From Myxococcota bacterium (GTDB lineage Bacteria; Myxococcota_A; UBA9160; UBA4427), in contig OZ252299.1 in assembly GCA_965250285.1 (NCBI GenBank), forward strand, positions 2,304,001 to 2,368,000: a stretch of DNA of 64,000 nt, given 5' to 3'. Under the pieces are notes generated by a model. It had not been told where the DNA came from. It did no database searches and saw nothing but the letters and a program-made list of their open reading frames with translations. Positions 18,808 to 28,868 of the stretch are shown in pieces; position 1 is the stretch's first letter, and each line of letters begins with the position of its first letter. Both the position numbers and the translations under genes were made by a program.

Positions 18808-19419
18808 ATGGGATACAGCGAAGAACACGTCGCAGACACTCGCCGGCGCATCCTCGAATCAGCGGGCAAGCTGTTTCGGGCGCGTGGCTTCCAGGGCGTC
18901 GGCATCGACGAGATCATGGCCGGCGCCGGACTCACCCGGGGCGGTTTCTACGCGCACTTCCGCTCGAAGGAGGACCTGCTCAGGCGGGTGCTCGAGCAGG
19001 AGTTCGAGTTCACGATGCGGCTGCGCGATGCGCTGGAGCAGGATGCCGTGTCGGACGCCCGCGCCTGCTCCGACGCTCTGGCCGCGATCGACTACTACCT
19101 TGCGCCCGGCAATCGGCGTCGCATCGCGCGCGGCTGCACGCTGGTTTCGAACACGCCCGACGTGGCGCGCGCCTCGACGCAGACGCGCGACGCGTACACG
19201 GCGAGCTTTCGAGACCTCGCCGATCAATTCGAAGCCCTGCTCGCGGCCTCGACCGACGGCGACCGCGACCGGGCCCTGGCGGCGATCGCCACGTGCGTCG
19301 GCGGCGTCTCGCTCGCGCGCTGCCTGCGCGACGAAGCCCTGGCGACGCGCATGCTCGGCGCCTGCCGCGCCGCCGTGCATCGCGAGCTCGGCTACGGGGA
19401 CGCGCCGCCCCGCTCGTGA
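18808..19419 (+). CDS. TetR/AcrR transcriptional regulator
   Basis: TRRRILESAGKLFRARGF..VGIDEIMAGAGLTRGGFYAHFRSKEDL. Confidence 0.95.
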   Translation: MGYSEEHVADTRRRILESAGKLFRARGFQGVGIDEIMAGAGLTRGGFYAHFRSKEDLLRRVLEQEFEFTMRLRDALEQDAVSDARACSDALAAIDYYLAPGNRRRIARGCTLVSNTPDVARASTQTRDAYTASFRDLADQFEALLAASTDGDRDRALAAIATCVGGVSLARCLRDEALATRMLGACRAAVHRELGYGDAPPRS

Positions 19420-19447
19420 GCGTGGCTCCGTGCGGTGAAGTGCGGCG

Positions 19448-19930
19448 CTAGGAGCGGGCTTCAGCCACGACCCGGGCCGCGTTCGCCTGCAAGCGCAGGA
19501 GCAGCCGCGCGAGCTGCTGACGCTCGGCCCGCGAGATGTCGAGGCGCAGGGCAGCCCGCACCTCGCGATCGATCTCGTTGATCGGCCCGACGAGACTCTG
19601 GCCGCTCGGGGTGACCGAGACGAGCCAGGCCCGTCGGTCGGCGGGATCGGTGCCCCGCTCGACGAGGCCGCGGCGCTCGAGCCCTTCGACGATGGTGCCC
19701 GTCGCGGCCCGCCCGACGCCCAGCCCCTTGGCGAGCTGGGTCTGTCGGAGCGGACCGCGTTCGAACACGAAGGCGAGCAGCGTCGCCTGGGTGAGGTTCA
19801 GCTCGAGCGCAGCGTAGGCCTGGTCGTACGCGATGCGCACGAGTCGCGAGGTCGCCATGAGCGTCGACTCGACGCGCTGCCAGGGCGGCGCGTCGAGCTC
19901 GTGCTCGGGGCTGCGGGCCTCCGCCGTCAT
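19448..19930 (-). CDS. MarR family regulator
   Basis: LNLTQATLL, LERRGLVER..DPADRRAWLVSVTPSG. Confidence 0.9.
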   Translation of the reverse strand: MTAEARSPEHELDAPPWQRVESTLMATSRLVRIAYDQAYAALELNLTQATLLAFVFERGPLRQTQLAKGLGVGRAATGTIVEGLERRGLVERGTDPADRRAWLVSVTPSGQSLVGPINEIDREVRAALRLDISRAERQQLARLLLRLQANAARVVAEARS

Positions 19931-19950
19931 CTCGAGCCGCTCGCCCCGCC

Positions 19951-21132
19951 CTACTCGCGGCGCAGCAGGGTGCCGGTGCCGAGGCCACCACCGCAGCACA
20001 TGGTCACGATCGCGTGCTCCTTGTCGACGCGCGCGAGCTCGTGAATGGCCTTGGTGAGGAGCACCGCACCGGTGCCGCCGAGCGGGTGGCCGAGGGCGAT
20101 GGCGCCGCCGTTCGGGTTCACCTTCGCCATGTCGGGCTTGAGCTCCTTCTCCCACGCCAGCACCACCGAGGCGAACGCCTCGTTGATCTCGACGAGGTCG
20201 ATGTCGCCCATCGTCAGGTCGTTGCGCGCGAGCAGACGCTGGGTCGCGCCGATCGGGCCCGTCAGCATCAGCGCCGGATCCGAGCCAGTGAGGCAGCTGT
20301 CGACGATCGTGGCCTTGGGCGTGAGCCCCAGGCTCTTGGCCTTCTCGCGGGTCATCATCAGCACCGCACCGGCGCCGTCCGAGATCTGCGAGGACGTGCC
20401 AGCGGTGTGCACGCCATCGGGCAGGTTCGTGCGCAGGCCAGCGAGGCTCTCGACGCTGGTCTCGCGCAGGCCCTCGTCCCGGGTGATCGTCGTGGTCGTC
20501 TCGAGCGGGTTGCGATCCTCATCGAGCTCGGGGGCCGTGATCGGCGTGATCTGCGTGCTGAAGCGATCGTCGGCCCAGGCCTCGGCCCCGCGCGCCTGAC
20601 TCTGCGCGCCGAAGGCGTCGGCGTCCTCGCGCGTGATGCCCCACTGCTTCGCGATCATGTCGGCGCCCTGGAACTGCGAGGTCCACTCGTGGTGATCCCA
20701 GTAGGCCTTGGTCACCGGCTTGCCGACGTTCGGGTCCTTGGGGATCGTCGCGCCCATGGGCACGCGGCTCATCACCTCGACGCCGCAGCCGACGGCGACG
20801 TCGACGACGCCGCTCTTGACGAGGCCGTAGGCCAGATTCGTCGCCTGCTGCGACGAGCCGCACTGCGCGTCGACGGTCGTCGCGGGCGCCTCGAGAGGCA
20901 GCCCCTGGGCCAGCCATGCCCCGCGCGTCACGTTCATCGTCTGCATGCCGACCTGCCCCACGCAGCCGCCGACCACCTGGCCGACCTCCATCGGGTCGAT
21001 GCCGGAGCGATCGATGAGCGCCTTCTGGACCTGCCCCAGCAGATCGAGCGAATGGGTGCCCGAGAGTCCGCCCTTGCGGCGGCCAATCGGGGAACGGACG
21101 GCTTCGATGACGACGACGTCTTGATCGGACAT
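19951..21132 (-). CDS. fadA5: Thiolase, steroid 3-ketoacyl-CoA thiolase FadA5-like
   Basis: VDAQCGSSQQA, HTAGTSSQISDGA, EINEAFASVV, NGGAIALGHP, MCCGGG; FadA5-like from recalled sequence features. Confidence 0.8.
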   Translation of the reverse strand: MSDQDVVVIEAVRSPIGRRKGGLSGTHSLDLLGQVQKALIDRSGIDPMEVGQVVGGCVGQVGMQTMNVTRGAWLAQGLPLEAPATTVDAQCGSSQQATNLAYGLVKSGVVDVAVGCGVEVMSRVPMGATIPKDPNVGKPVTKAYWDHHEWTSQFQGADMIAKQWGITREDADAFGAQSQARGAEAWADDRFSTQITPITAPELDEDRNPLETTTTITRDEGLRETSVESLAGLRTNLPDGVHTAGTSSQISDGAGAVLMMTREKAKSLGLTPKATIVDSCLTGSDPALMLTGPIGATQRLLARNDLTMGDIDLVEINEAFASVVLAWEKELKPDMAKVNPNGGAIALGHPLGGTGAVLLTKAIHELARVDKEHAIVTMCCGGGLGTGTLLRRE

Positions 21133-21274
21133 GAAGATCTCCTGTCGGGCGGATCCGCCCGGGCTGCGTGGTCCGGTCCTGGACCGGCCCCGTGATGACT
21201 GAGAAGGGTTGCTCTCGAGCCGAAGCGGCTCGCGAAGAGGCTTGGCGCAGCGGATTCGGGGGGCGTCCGCAGAA

Positions 21275-21290
21275 AGTAAGTTAGCGTACT
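21275..21290. promoter_or_regulatory. Possible MarR operator upstream of thiolase-marR
   Basis: AT-rich imperfect palindrome AGTAAGTTAGCGTACT (12/16). Confidence 0.5.
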
Positions 21291-21530
21291 ATTTTCGGGC
21301 GCAAGCCCCGGGCGCGATGCGTCGCGCGGAGCGGGGCGACCCCACCGCCCGGCTGGCTGCCCCAAGCCCAAACGCCCCCCTGGCCTCGGCTTCGAGGTCC
21401 GGGGAGGCGCTCTGTGTGCGCGGTCGCCGAGGCCTGCGGCATCGCGTCCCCGACCGAACCCCGCCCGGTCGACGATGCGATCGCGCCCGTTCTGGCGCGC
21501 CGGGCCCTGACGCGCGCTCCGGGCTTGCCC

Positions 21531-21914
21531 TCAGCCGGCCAGGTAGAGGAACTCTTCCTGGACGACCTTGCCGTTCTTCACGGTGTAGAGACCGACCTCC
21601 TCCATCTGCGATCGCTCGCCGGTCGGCTTGAACGTCACATCGAGGTTGAAGCGCACGACGAACTGGTCGTCGCGAAAGCCCGCGTACGGGCCGGTCGCCG
21701 AGCTCTCGTGAATCTCGTGGTTCTCGTACCACCACGCGCCCTTCTGGCGCACGGCGTCGAGCCCCTCCATGCGGGCCGGCATGGCCTCGCCATCCTGGCC
21801 CTCGATGCTCACGACCTTCTCGTCATAGAGCTGCTCGACGGCTTCCTCGCCCTTGCCGTCATTGCTCATGGCGACGATCTGCTGACCGATCTCGATGTTG
21901 GTGGGATTCGACAC
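21531..21914 (-). CDS. SnoaL-like (NTF2) protein
   Basis: LYDEKVVSIE, GLDAVRQKGAWW, MEEVGLYTVKNGKVVQEEFLY; RBS GAAGGAG before GTG. Confidence 0.85.
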   Translation of the reverse strand: MSNPTNIEIGQQIVAMSNDGKGEEAVEQLYDEKVVSIEGQDGEAMPARMEGLDAVRQKGAWWYENHEIHESSATGPYAGFRDDQFVVRFNLDVTFKPTGERSQMEEVGLYTVKNGKVVQEEFLYLAG

Positions 21915-22087
21915 GGGGTCTCCTTCGTTCCTCGCTCCCGACAGCGCGGGGTGCATTCGAGGGGTGGGGACGACGCGCAACGCTCGCGAGATGCGCCTGC
22001 GTCCGGGGTTCCACGCCGGACCGCCGCGGCCCGACGCCATGGAGTGTAGGCACGTCCGTGCCCGGACGGCACGCGGCTGCGGACCGA

Positions 22088-22140
22088 CTGCTGACAGGGC
22101 CCTGTCAGCAGCGCCTGTGACCTGCTGACACATGCTGTCA
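22088..22140. promoter_or_regulatory. Tandem TGAC-N8/N7-GTCA palindromic boxes
   Basis: Perfect 24-bp palindrome CTGCTGACAGGGCCCTGTCAGCAG (22088-22111) and second box CTGCTGACACATGCTGTCA (22122-22140). Confidence 0.65.
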
Positions 22141-22225
22141 CCCTCTTCGCCGAAGTCGAGACGGCCGCGCGTGGACCTGGGTCCACCGCGCAACCCCGCA
22201 GGCCGCGGCGCGGTACGATCGCGGC

Positions 22226-22873
22226 ATGCCGATCGACCTCGCACCCCTGCTCGCGCCGCAAGAGACCGCCGTCGTCGTCTTCGAGTGCCAGGAGCGCATC
22301 GTCGGCGAAACGAGCGTGCTGCCTGGGCTCGCCGCGGCCGTCCGCGAGGCCGGGGTGATCGACCGCATCGCGGTGCTCGTCGCGAGCGCGCGCGACGCAT
22401 CGGTGCCGGTGATGTACGCCACGATCCGCCCCGACCCGCATGCCGCCCCCCGCCCGGCGGCGACCCCGCTCGAGCACCGGCTGCAGCGCGAAGTGGGCGG
22501 CGACACGGCGGCGCCCGTCGACATGGGCCCGGTGGTCGACGCCCTCGCTCCACGCGAGACCGACATCGTCGTCGAGCGACACGTAGGCCTCACGGGCTTC
22601 CACGGCAGCGGGCTCGACGTGACGCTCCAGCACCTGGGGGCGCGCCAGATCGTGCTCGTCGGCGTGTCCCTGAACGTCGGCATCGTCGGCACCGCGATCG
22701 AGGCCGTGAACCGGGGCTATCCCGTCGTGGTCGTGTCGGATTGTGTCGCCGCAGATCCGGGCGAGTTCGCTGAACCGGCCCTTCGCCACTCGATTCGGCC
22801 GGTCGCGTTCGTCGCAACGAGCGCCGAGGTGCGCGCGGTGTGGGCCGATGCGAGGCGGGATGGCGAAGCCTGA
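22226..22873 (+). CDS. Isochorismatase / cysteine hydrolase family protein
   Basis: TAVVVFECQ, GLTGFHGSGLDVTL, VLVGVSLNVGI..TAIEAVNRGY. Confidence 0.85.
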   Translation: MPIDLAPLLAPQETAVVVFECQERIVGETSVLPGLAAAVREAGVIDRIAVLVASARDASVPVMYATIRPDPHAAPRPAATPLEHRLQREVGGDTAAPVDMGPVVDALAPRETDIVVERHVGLTGFHGSGLDVTLQHLGARQIVLVGVSLNVGIVGTAIEAVNRGYPVVVVSDCVAADPGEFAEPALRHSIRPVAFVATSAEVRAVWADARRDGEA

Positions 22874-22918
22874 CCGGGGTTCGCCATCATTCGGCGACCC
22901 CGACCGAGGAGAGCCGAC

Positions 22919-24325
22919 GTGTCCGACTTCACGCTCACGATCGACGGCGCCGCCGTCGCCACCGACAAGACCTTCGAAGTGATCGACCCCGCCACCGAGA
23001 CCGTCTACGCCCACGCGCCCGATGCCGCGCGGGACGATCTCGACCGCGCAGTCTCGGCCGCGAGCGCGGCCTTCCCCGGTTGGCGAGACACGGCGCTCGA
23101 AGAGCGGCGCACCGCGCTGCTCGCGCTCGCCGACAAGGTCGAGGCGGCGCTCCCCGAGCTCGCCGAGCTGCTCGTCCACGAGCAGGGCAAGAGCCGGATG
23201 AACGCCGCGATGGAGGTCGGCATCTCGGCGATGTGGATTCGCGCCGTCGCAGCGACCGACCTGCCGGTCGAGGTGCTCTCGGAGGACGATACGAAGCGCG
23301 TCGAGGTGCGTCGCAAGCCGGTCGGCGTCGTCGGCGCGATCACGCCGTGGAACTTCCCGCTGGTGCTCTCGGTCTGGAAGGTCGCACCGGCCCTGGCCAC
23401 CGGGAACACGATGGTCCTCAAGCCCTCGCCCTACACCCCGCTCACGATCCTGCGTTTCGGCGAGATCGCCCGCGAGGTCCTGCCCGCCGGCGTGCTCAAC
23501 GTCGTGACGGGCGGCGACGAGCTCGGTCGCTGGATGACCGAGCACGACGGCATCCACAAGATCTCGTTCACGGGTTCGGGCCCGACGGGCAAGAAGATCA
23601 TGGCGAGCGCGTCGGGCAGCCTGAAGCGCATCACCCTCGAGCTCGGCGGCAACGACGCCGCGATCGTGCGCGCCGACGCCGACGTCGAAGCGATCGCCGA
23701 GCCGATCTTCGCGATGGCGTTCCAGAACAGCGGGCAGGTGTGCGGAGCGATCAAGCGCCTGTACGTGCACGACGACGTCTACGACCGCATGTGCGACGCG
23801 CTCGCAAAGAAGGCGGCGACGATGACGGTCGGCCCCGGCGATGCCGACGGCACCGACTACGGCCCGGTTCAGAACCGCATGCAGTTCGAGAAGGTGTGCG
23901 AGCTGGCCGAGAGCGCGAAGGCCGACGGCGGACGTTTTCTCACCGGCGGCGAGCCCATGGAAGGCAAGGGCTACTTCTTCCCCATCACGCTGGTCGCCGA
24001 TCTGACCGACGGCCATCGCCTGGTCGACGAGGAGCCGTTCGGGCCGATCCTTCCGATCATCCGCTTCACCGACGACGACGACGTCGTGCGGCGCGCGAAC
24101 GACTCGTCGTTCGGACTCGGCGGATCGGTTTGGAGCGCCGATGTCGAGAAGGCGACCGACATGGCGGCGCGACTCGAAACGGGCTCGGCCTGGGTCAACC
24201 AGCACTTCGACCTGAGCCCGATGGTGCCCTTCGGCGGCGTGAAGGAGAGCGGCATGGGCGTCGAGAACGGCGTCGACGGCCTGCGCGAGTTCACGACCTC
24301 GCAGGTGCTGAACGTCAAGAAGTAG
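22919..24325 (+). CDS. Aldehyde dehydrogenase
   Basis: ITPWNFP, FTGS, LELGGND, NSGQVC, EEPFGP. Confidence 0.95.
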   Translation: MSDFTLTIDGAAVATDKTFEVIDPATETVYAHAPDAARDDLDRAVSAASAAFPGWRDTALEERRTALLALADKVEAALPELAELLVHEQGKSRMNAAMEVGISAMWIRAVAATDLPVEVLSEDDTKRVEVRRKPVGVVGAITPWNFPLVLSVWKVAPALATGNTMVLKPSPYTPLTILRFGEIAREVLPAGVLNVVTGGDELGRWMTEHDGIHKISFTGSGPTGKKIMASASGSLKRITLELGGNDAAIVRADADVEAIAEPIFAMAFQNSGQVCGAIKRLYVHDDVYDRMCDALAKKAATMTVGPGDADGTDYGPVQNRMQFEKVCELAESAKADGGRFLTGGEPMEGKGYFFPITLVADLTDGHRLVDEEPFGPILPIIRFTDDDDVVRRANDSSFGLGGSVWSADVEKATDMAARLETGSAWVNQHFDLSPMVPFGGVKESGMGVENGVDGLREFTTSQVLNVKK

Positions 24326-24347
24326 CGCGCCCGACCGGGCGCGCCGC

Positions 24348-26972
24348 TCAGCGCGCTTCGTCGAGCACGCGCTGCACCAGGGCCTGCAGCTGGCCGAGAT
24401 CGTAGGGCTTGCCGAGCGACTCGGTATGCGGCTCGAAGAGCTCGGGGTCGTCGAAGCCCAGCAGGCCCGACACCAGGATCGCCGGCGTTCCGGGTCGGAT
24501 CTCGCGGATGCGCTTCAGCGCTTCGAAGCCGTCGACGAACGGCATGGTCACGTCGAGCAGCACCAGGTCGACTTCGGTGGGGGCGGCTTCGAACGTCTCG
24601 ACTGCCTCGCGACCATCGGCAGCCTCGATCACCTCGTAGCCCGCGCGCGAGAGAACGCGCGCGACCAGCTGCCGCAGCTTCTCTTCGTCGTCGGCCACGA
24701 GCAGCCGACCGCGCCCTGCGCTGCCGCGCGTGCTCGGCGTCGGCTCCGCCGGCTCGACGCTCTCGGTCGTCGCCGGGATCGCCACGCGGAACGTGCTGCC
24801 CTGCCCGGGCTCGCTGTCGACGTCGACCCAGCCCCCATGGGCGCGGGCGGCGCCGTACACCACGGCCAGGCCGAGGCCCGTGCCTTCGTGCACGCCCTTG
24901 GTCGTGAAGAACGGGTCGAAGATGCGCTGGCGCGTTTCTTCGTCCATGCCCGGTCCGTCGTCGTGCACGACGAACTCGACGAAGAGCCCGGGTGCCGCAT
25001 CGTCGACGACCGGCCGCAGGAACTCTCGCGCGCGCACGCCGAGCGAGATCTCGCCCTCGCCGCCCACCGCATCGCGTGCGTTCACCACGAGGTTGATCAG
25101 GATCTGCTGCAGCTGGGTCGGGTCGGCCATGAGGGCCGGCAGAGCCGGGTCGCTCTCGACGCGAAAGTCGATGGTCGCGGGGAGCAGCGATCGCAGCAGC
25201 CCGACGGCCTGGTCGACGACCCGGGTGGTCGACACGACTTCGGTGCGCAGCGGCGCGCGGCGCGCGAACGCGAGCAACGACTTCGTGAGGTCGGCACAGT
25301 GCTCGGCGGCCTGCACGGCGTCGCCGAGGGCTTCACGCGCCTCGTCGTCACAGTCCCCGCTCTCGAGCACGAGCCGCGCGTTGCCCAGGATCGCCGTCAG
25401 CTGGTTGTTGAAATCGTGCGCGACGCCACCGGCGAGGGTGCCGAGCGTCTCCATCTTCTGCGACTGCCTCAGCTGCGCCTGAAGGCGACGCTCTTCGCTG
25501 ACGTCGCGCGTCACCCAGACGCGCCCCGCGACCCCGCCATCGTTTTCGTCGGGGATCGGCGCGCTGAACACCAGCAGCTCCCGCGGTTCGGCGCCGCCGA
25601 TATGGGCACTCACCGTCGTCGGCGCTTCATCGACGTCGGTGTCGAAGCAGCGGTTGAGGTCGCCCGGCTCGTCGACCCGCGCCGCGACGCTCGCCGGCAG
25701 GCGCGCGACCGGTCTCCCGATCCATTCGTCGGCCTCGGCGAGCCCCATATGGAACGCGAACGTGCCATTCATCAGCTCTGTGCGGCCGCCCGGGTCGGCG
25801 ACGAGGATGCCGGTCGGCGACGCAGCGAGCACCGAGCCGAGCTTGCGCCGCTCGACGGCGAGCCGCGCGACCGCTTCGACGTGCTGCAGCGCCAGCGAGA
25901 TCTCGCTGGCGGCGGTCTGCAGGATCCGCCGGTCGCTCTCGTCGAAGGGCTCCAACCAGCTTCGACCGAGCAGCAGGAAGCCGAGTGCGTCATCGCCGCG
26001 GCGCAGCGGCAGAATGCAGCCCGAGCGCAGCCCCGACTCGGCGTAGAGCGGGTGCACGGGGAGATCGGGCACCGCCAGGAGATCGTCGATGTAGATCGGC
26101 TCGCCCGTGGTCAACACCATCTGTGGCAGAGGCCGATCGGCCGAAGGCCGCAGCATGTCTTCGGGCATCACCAGCTCGATGTGCATGATGGCGTGCACGC
26201 ACTCGAAGTGGCGCTCGTCGTCGCAGAGCAGCCAGATGCCGCCCGCGTCGACGTTCATTCGCTCGTAGAGCGCATCGAGCGCGCAGCGACTGACTTCGAC
26301 CGGCTCGCTCTCGACGGTGCCCGCGTGGGCGATCGTGCGCAGCAGCTCGAGATCCTTCACGTGCTCGGCACGCACCTGCTCACCCAGCGCGAGGATCTGC
26401 GTCAGCGCGAGGGCCAGGGTGCCCGCCATGCCGAGACTGAAGTAGCTCGTCGAGGGGGTTGCGCTGCTCGACGTCAGATAGACCGTGTTGGTGATCTCGA
26501 GGACACCGAAGCCGATCAGGAGCAAGCCGAGCGTTCCGATGATGGGTGCCCCCTCCGACCGACGCGCGTGCAACAGCACGAGCCAGCCCGCGAGGAAGTC
26601 GACGGGCGCCTCGAAGAGATAGACGCCCGCGAGACGCACTGGCTCGAGGTCGGTCACCGATCCGAGGCCGCGCACGAGGCCGACCGCCAGCCCGATGGGC
26701 ACCAGCGCGCGCGGCACGGTGAGACCGGTGAACGCGAGCGCGCCCGCCAGCAGCAGGACAGGAAACGCGGTCCCGAGGCCATGCGCCACGAGGTCGGCCA
26801 AGACACCGGGCACGACGCTCGCCGCGAGCGAGACGAAGAACGCGATCCACGCCCAGGCCCACCACTTGGCCGATGAGCCGACGGCGATGCGGCGCACGTA
26901 GAAGAAGCCGACACCGACGAAGGCGCCGATGGCAGAGACGATCGCGACCTTGTCGAGCAACGCTCCGTCCAT
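24348..26972 (-). CDS. Hybrid sensor histidine kinase (multi-TM, GAF, PAS, HisKA, HATPase, REC)
   Basis: QSQKMETLGTLAGGVAHDFNN, NLVVNARDA, FDPFFTTK, GTGLGL, receiver DLVLLDVTMP. Confidence 0.93.
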   Translation of the reverse strand: MDGALLDKVAIVSAIGAFVGVGFFYVRRIAVGSSAKWWAWAWIAFFVSLAASVVPGVLADLVAHGLGTAFPVLLLAGALAFTGLTVPRALVPIGLAVGLVRGLGSVTDLEPVRLAGVYLFEAPVDFLAGWLVLLHARRSEGAPIIGTLGLLLIGFGVLEITNTVYLTSSSATPSTSYFSLGMAGTLALALTQILALGEQVRAEHVKDLELLRTIAHAGTVESEPVEVSRCALDALYERMNVDAGGIWLLCDDERHFECVHAIMHIELVMPEDMLRPSADRPLPQMVLTTGEPIYIDDLLAVPDLPVHPLYAESGLRSGCILPLRRGDDALGFLLLGRSWLEPFDESDRRILQTAASEISLALQHVEAVARLAVERRKLGSVLAASPTGILVADPGGRTELMNGTFAFHMGLAEADEWIGRPVARLPASVAARVDEPGDLNRCFDTDVDEAPTTVSAHIGGAEPRELLVFSAPIPDENDGGVAGRVWVTRDVSEERRLQAQLRQSQKMETLGTLAGGVAHDFNNQLTAILGNARLVLESGDCDDEAREALGDAVQAAEHCADLTKSLLAFARRAPLRTEVVSTTRVVDQAVGLLRSLLPATIDFRVESDPALPALMADPTQLQQILINLVVNARDAVGGEGEISLGVRAREFLRPVVDDAAPGLFVEFVVHDDGPGMDEETRQRIFDPFFTTKGVHEGTGLGLAVVYGAARAHGGWVDVDSEPGQGSTFRVAIPATTESVEPAEPTPSTRGSAGRGRLLVADDEEKLRQLVARVLSRAGYEVIEAADGREAVETFEAAPTEVDLVLLDVTMPFVDGFEALKRIREIRPGTPAILVSGLLGFDDPELFEPHTESLGKPYDLGQLQALVQRVLDEAR

Positions 26973-27291
26973 CGGTTCCCGCGTCGATGCGCGCTGCGGC
27001 CGCGCGTGGGCTCGTGACGCGCCGGGCCGGGTCCATCCCGGCCGAGTGCACGGTGCGCGCCGGGTTCGTGGCGGCGCTGCGCTCGGCCTGCGTCCTCCTG
27101 GAGATCGGCCGATTGGCCAGAAAGGTGTAGGCGGGCCGGGTCGATCTACCCCGCCGGGATCCGGACCCGCCGCGCAGCTTCTCGACACGCGTCCGCCCGT
27201 CGTCTGAATCGCGCACGCCAGGGCGCTTGCGTAGCGTGTGCGCGATTCGGCCCGGTGATCCGCTCCGCCGGGCCCCGCAAAGAGGATCCGG

Positions 27292-28086
27292 ATGCCCACG
27301 CTCACGAGTCGCCAGCGACGCGGACGCTCGCTGCTGAAGCGCTTCCTGTACTCGCAGCTCGCGCAGCGCGATGCGCTGATGATCGCGTTCGGCAAGCAGA
27401 AGCCGCTGGTGCACTTCATCGTCGAGGCCGAGCCGCCCTCGGTCTACTGGAACTTCGAAATCCGCGCCGACCGGGTCGACGACCTGCAGCGCGACCTCGA
27501 CTGCCCGATGCCGCTGACGCCGCTGCGCTGCCTCGAGGGCGAAGCGCCCTTCTACTGCATGACGCTCAACATGTACCGGGTGTCGGGCCTGGCCAACGGC
27601 ATCCGCGCCGAGTGGTCGGTGTTCGTGAAGGACGAACACGACATCACGCGGTACATGGTCGTCGAGGCCGCCGCCGATTCGGGCGCCGTCGATCCGATCA
27701 ACCTCGTGACCCGCGGTGGCGAGGCCGGGCACGTCGACGACGGTCAGACGCTCGAGAGCTGGGCCGTCGACGAGACGGGGGGCCGCTTCGACAGCGTGCT
27801 CCAGGCTCCGCACGAGGGCGAGACGGTGCGCGCCGACCCCGAGTGGGTCGAGGCGAACGACTACATCTACTGGCTGAACGGCATCTGCGACCGGACGTTC
27901 TACGACTCGGGCATGGCCAACGCGAAGATCCACCTCGTCTCGCCCGATCGCTGCAAGATCGAGGACGGCTCGCAGTGGGCGCAGTATCTCGAGCCCACGC
28001 CGCGGCACGTCGTGGTCTACGAGCACGCGATCGAGTTCGCGATGTCGCCGTGGTGGAACATTCGCGACAAGGGGCTGGAGGGCTGA
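27292..28086 (+). CDS. Hypothetical protein, possibly acetoacetate-decarboxylase-like fold
   Basis: RBS GAGGA, codon usage like neighbours; beta-rich pattern (LNMYRV..RAEWSVFV). Fold call is a guess. Confidence 0.7.
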   Translation: MPTLTSRQRRGRSLLKRFLYSQLAQRDALMIAFGKQKPLVHFIVEAEPPSVYWNFEIRADRVDDLQRDLDCPMPLTPLRCLEGEAPFYCMTLNMYRVSGLANGIRAEWSVFVKDEHDITRYMVVEAAADSGAVDPINLVTRGGEAGHVDDGQTLESWAVDETGGRFDSVLQAPHEGETVRADPEWVEANDYIYWLNGICDRTFYDSGMANAKIHLVSPDRCKIEDGSQWAQYLEPTPRHVVVYEHAIEFAMSPWWNIRDKGLEG

Positions 28087-28104
28087 CCCCAGCGCGGGGG
28101 ACGC

Positions 28105-28701
28105 TCAGTCGGCGTCTTCTTCGCGCAGCCGCACGGGCCCGAAGAGCTCGGGGTAGCGACCCTTTCGCCCTTCGTAGAACTGGCGAATCTGCTCCATGTC
28201 GGCGACGACATCGCCGGTCGGGTGCACGGCCGGACCGATGCCGCCCGTCCCGCGCTCGTAGTCGAGGTACGAGAGCACGATGGGCACGCCGGCCTTGCGT
28301 GCGATGTGGTAGAAGCCCGACTTCCAGTGCGATGTGTAGGCCCGTGTGCCCTCGGCCGGGATCACCATGCAGAGCGGTCGATCGCCGCGGACGTCGAGAT
28401 CGACGATCGCCTTGGCCATCGCGTCGACCATGTTGGTGCGCCGCTCGCGAATCACCGGCACCCCACCGAGCGCACGAAAGAACGCGCCGAAGGGCCACAT
28501 GAACATCTGTCGCTTGCCGAGCCACGCCACCTGCACGTCGTAGTACCAGGCGAAGGCGATCATGTGCGGCATGTCCCAGTTCGACGTGTGGGGCGCCGCA
28601 ATCAGGACAGTGCGGGGATCGGTCGGGCGGGCGCCATCCGGGGTCCAGCCGAAGACACGAAGCCAGATGCGCGCGAGAAACTGCTTCAAAGGGAGCTCCA
28701 C
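28105..28701 (-). CDS. 1-acyl-sn-glycerol-3-phosphate acyltransferase family
   Basis: APHTSNWD, LGGVPV.R, PAEGTR, WKSGFYHIA. Confidence 0.92.
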   Translation of the reverse strand: MELPLKQFLARIWLRVFGWTPDGARPTDPRTVLIAAPHTSNWDMPHMIAFAWYYDVQVAWLGKRQMFMWPFGAFFRALGGVPVIRERRTNMVDAMAKAIVDLDVRGDRPLCMVIPAEGTRAYTSHWKSGFYHIARKAGVPIVLSYLDYERGTGGIGPAVHPTGDVVADMEQIRQFYEGRKGRYPELFGPVRLREEDAD

Positions 28702-28868
28702 CCGGGGCGATCGGGGCGCGGGGCGCGAGGCGGAAGGCACGACGCGGCGGCCGCCAGACCCCGTCGCGCGCATGCTAGCTCGCGCCCGCAACCCCCCGTC
28801 GCCAAAGCGCGCGCGCTGTGTGTCAGCTGTGTAAAATCGTGACGCGACGGGGCCGTGTCGGCGGCGTC

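Noticed and set aside
24325..24344. Short GC palindrome as a REP family member
   Set aside because: Single occurrence between convergent genes; more simply a terminator-like hairpin.
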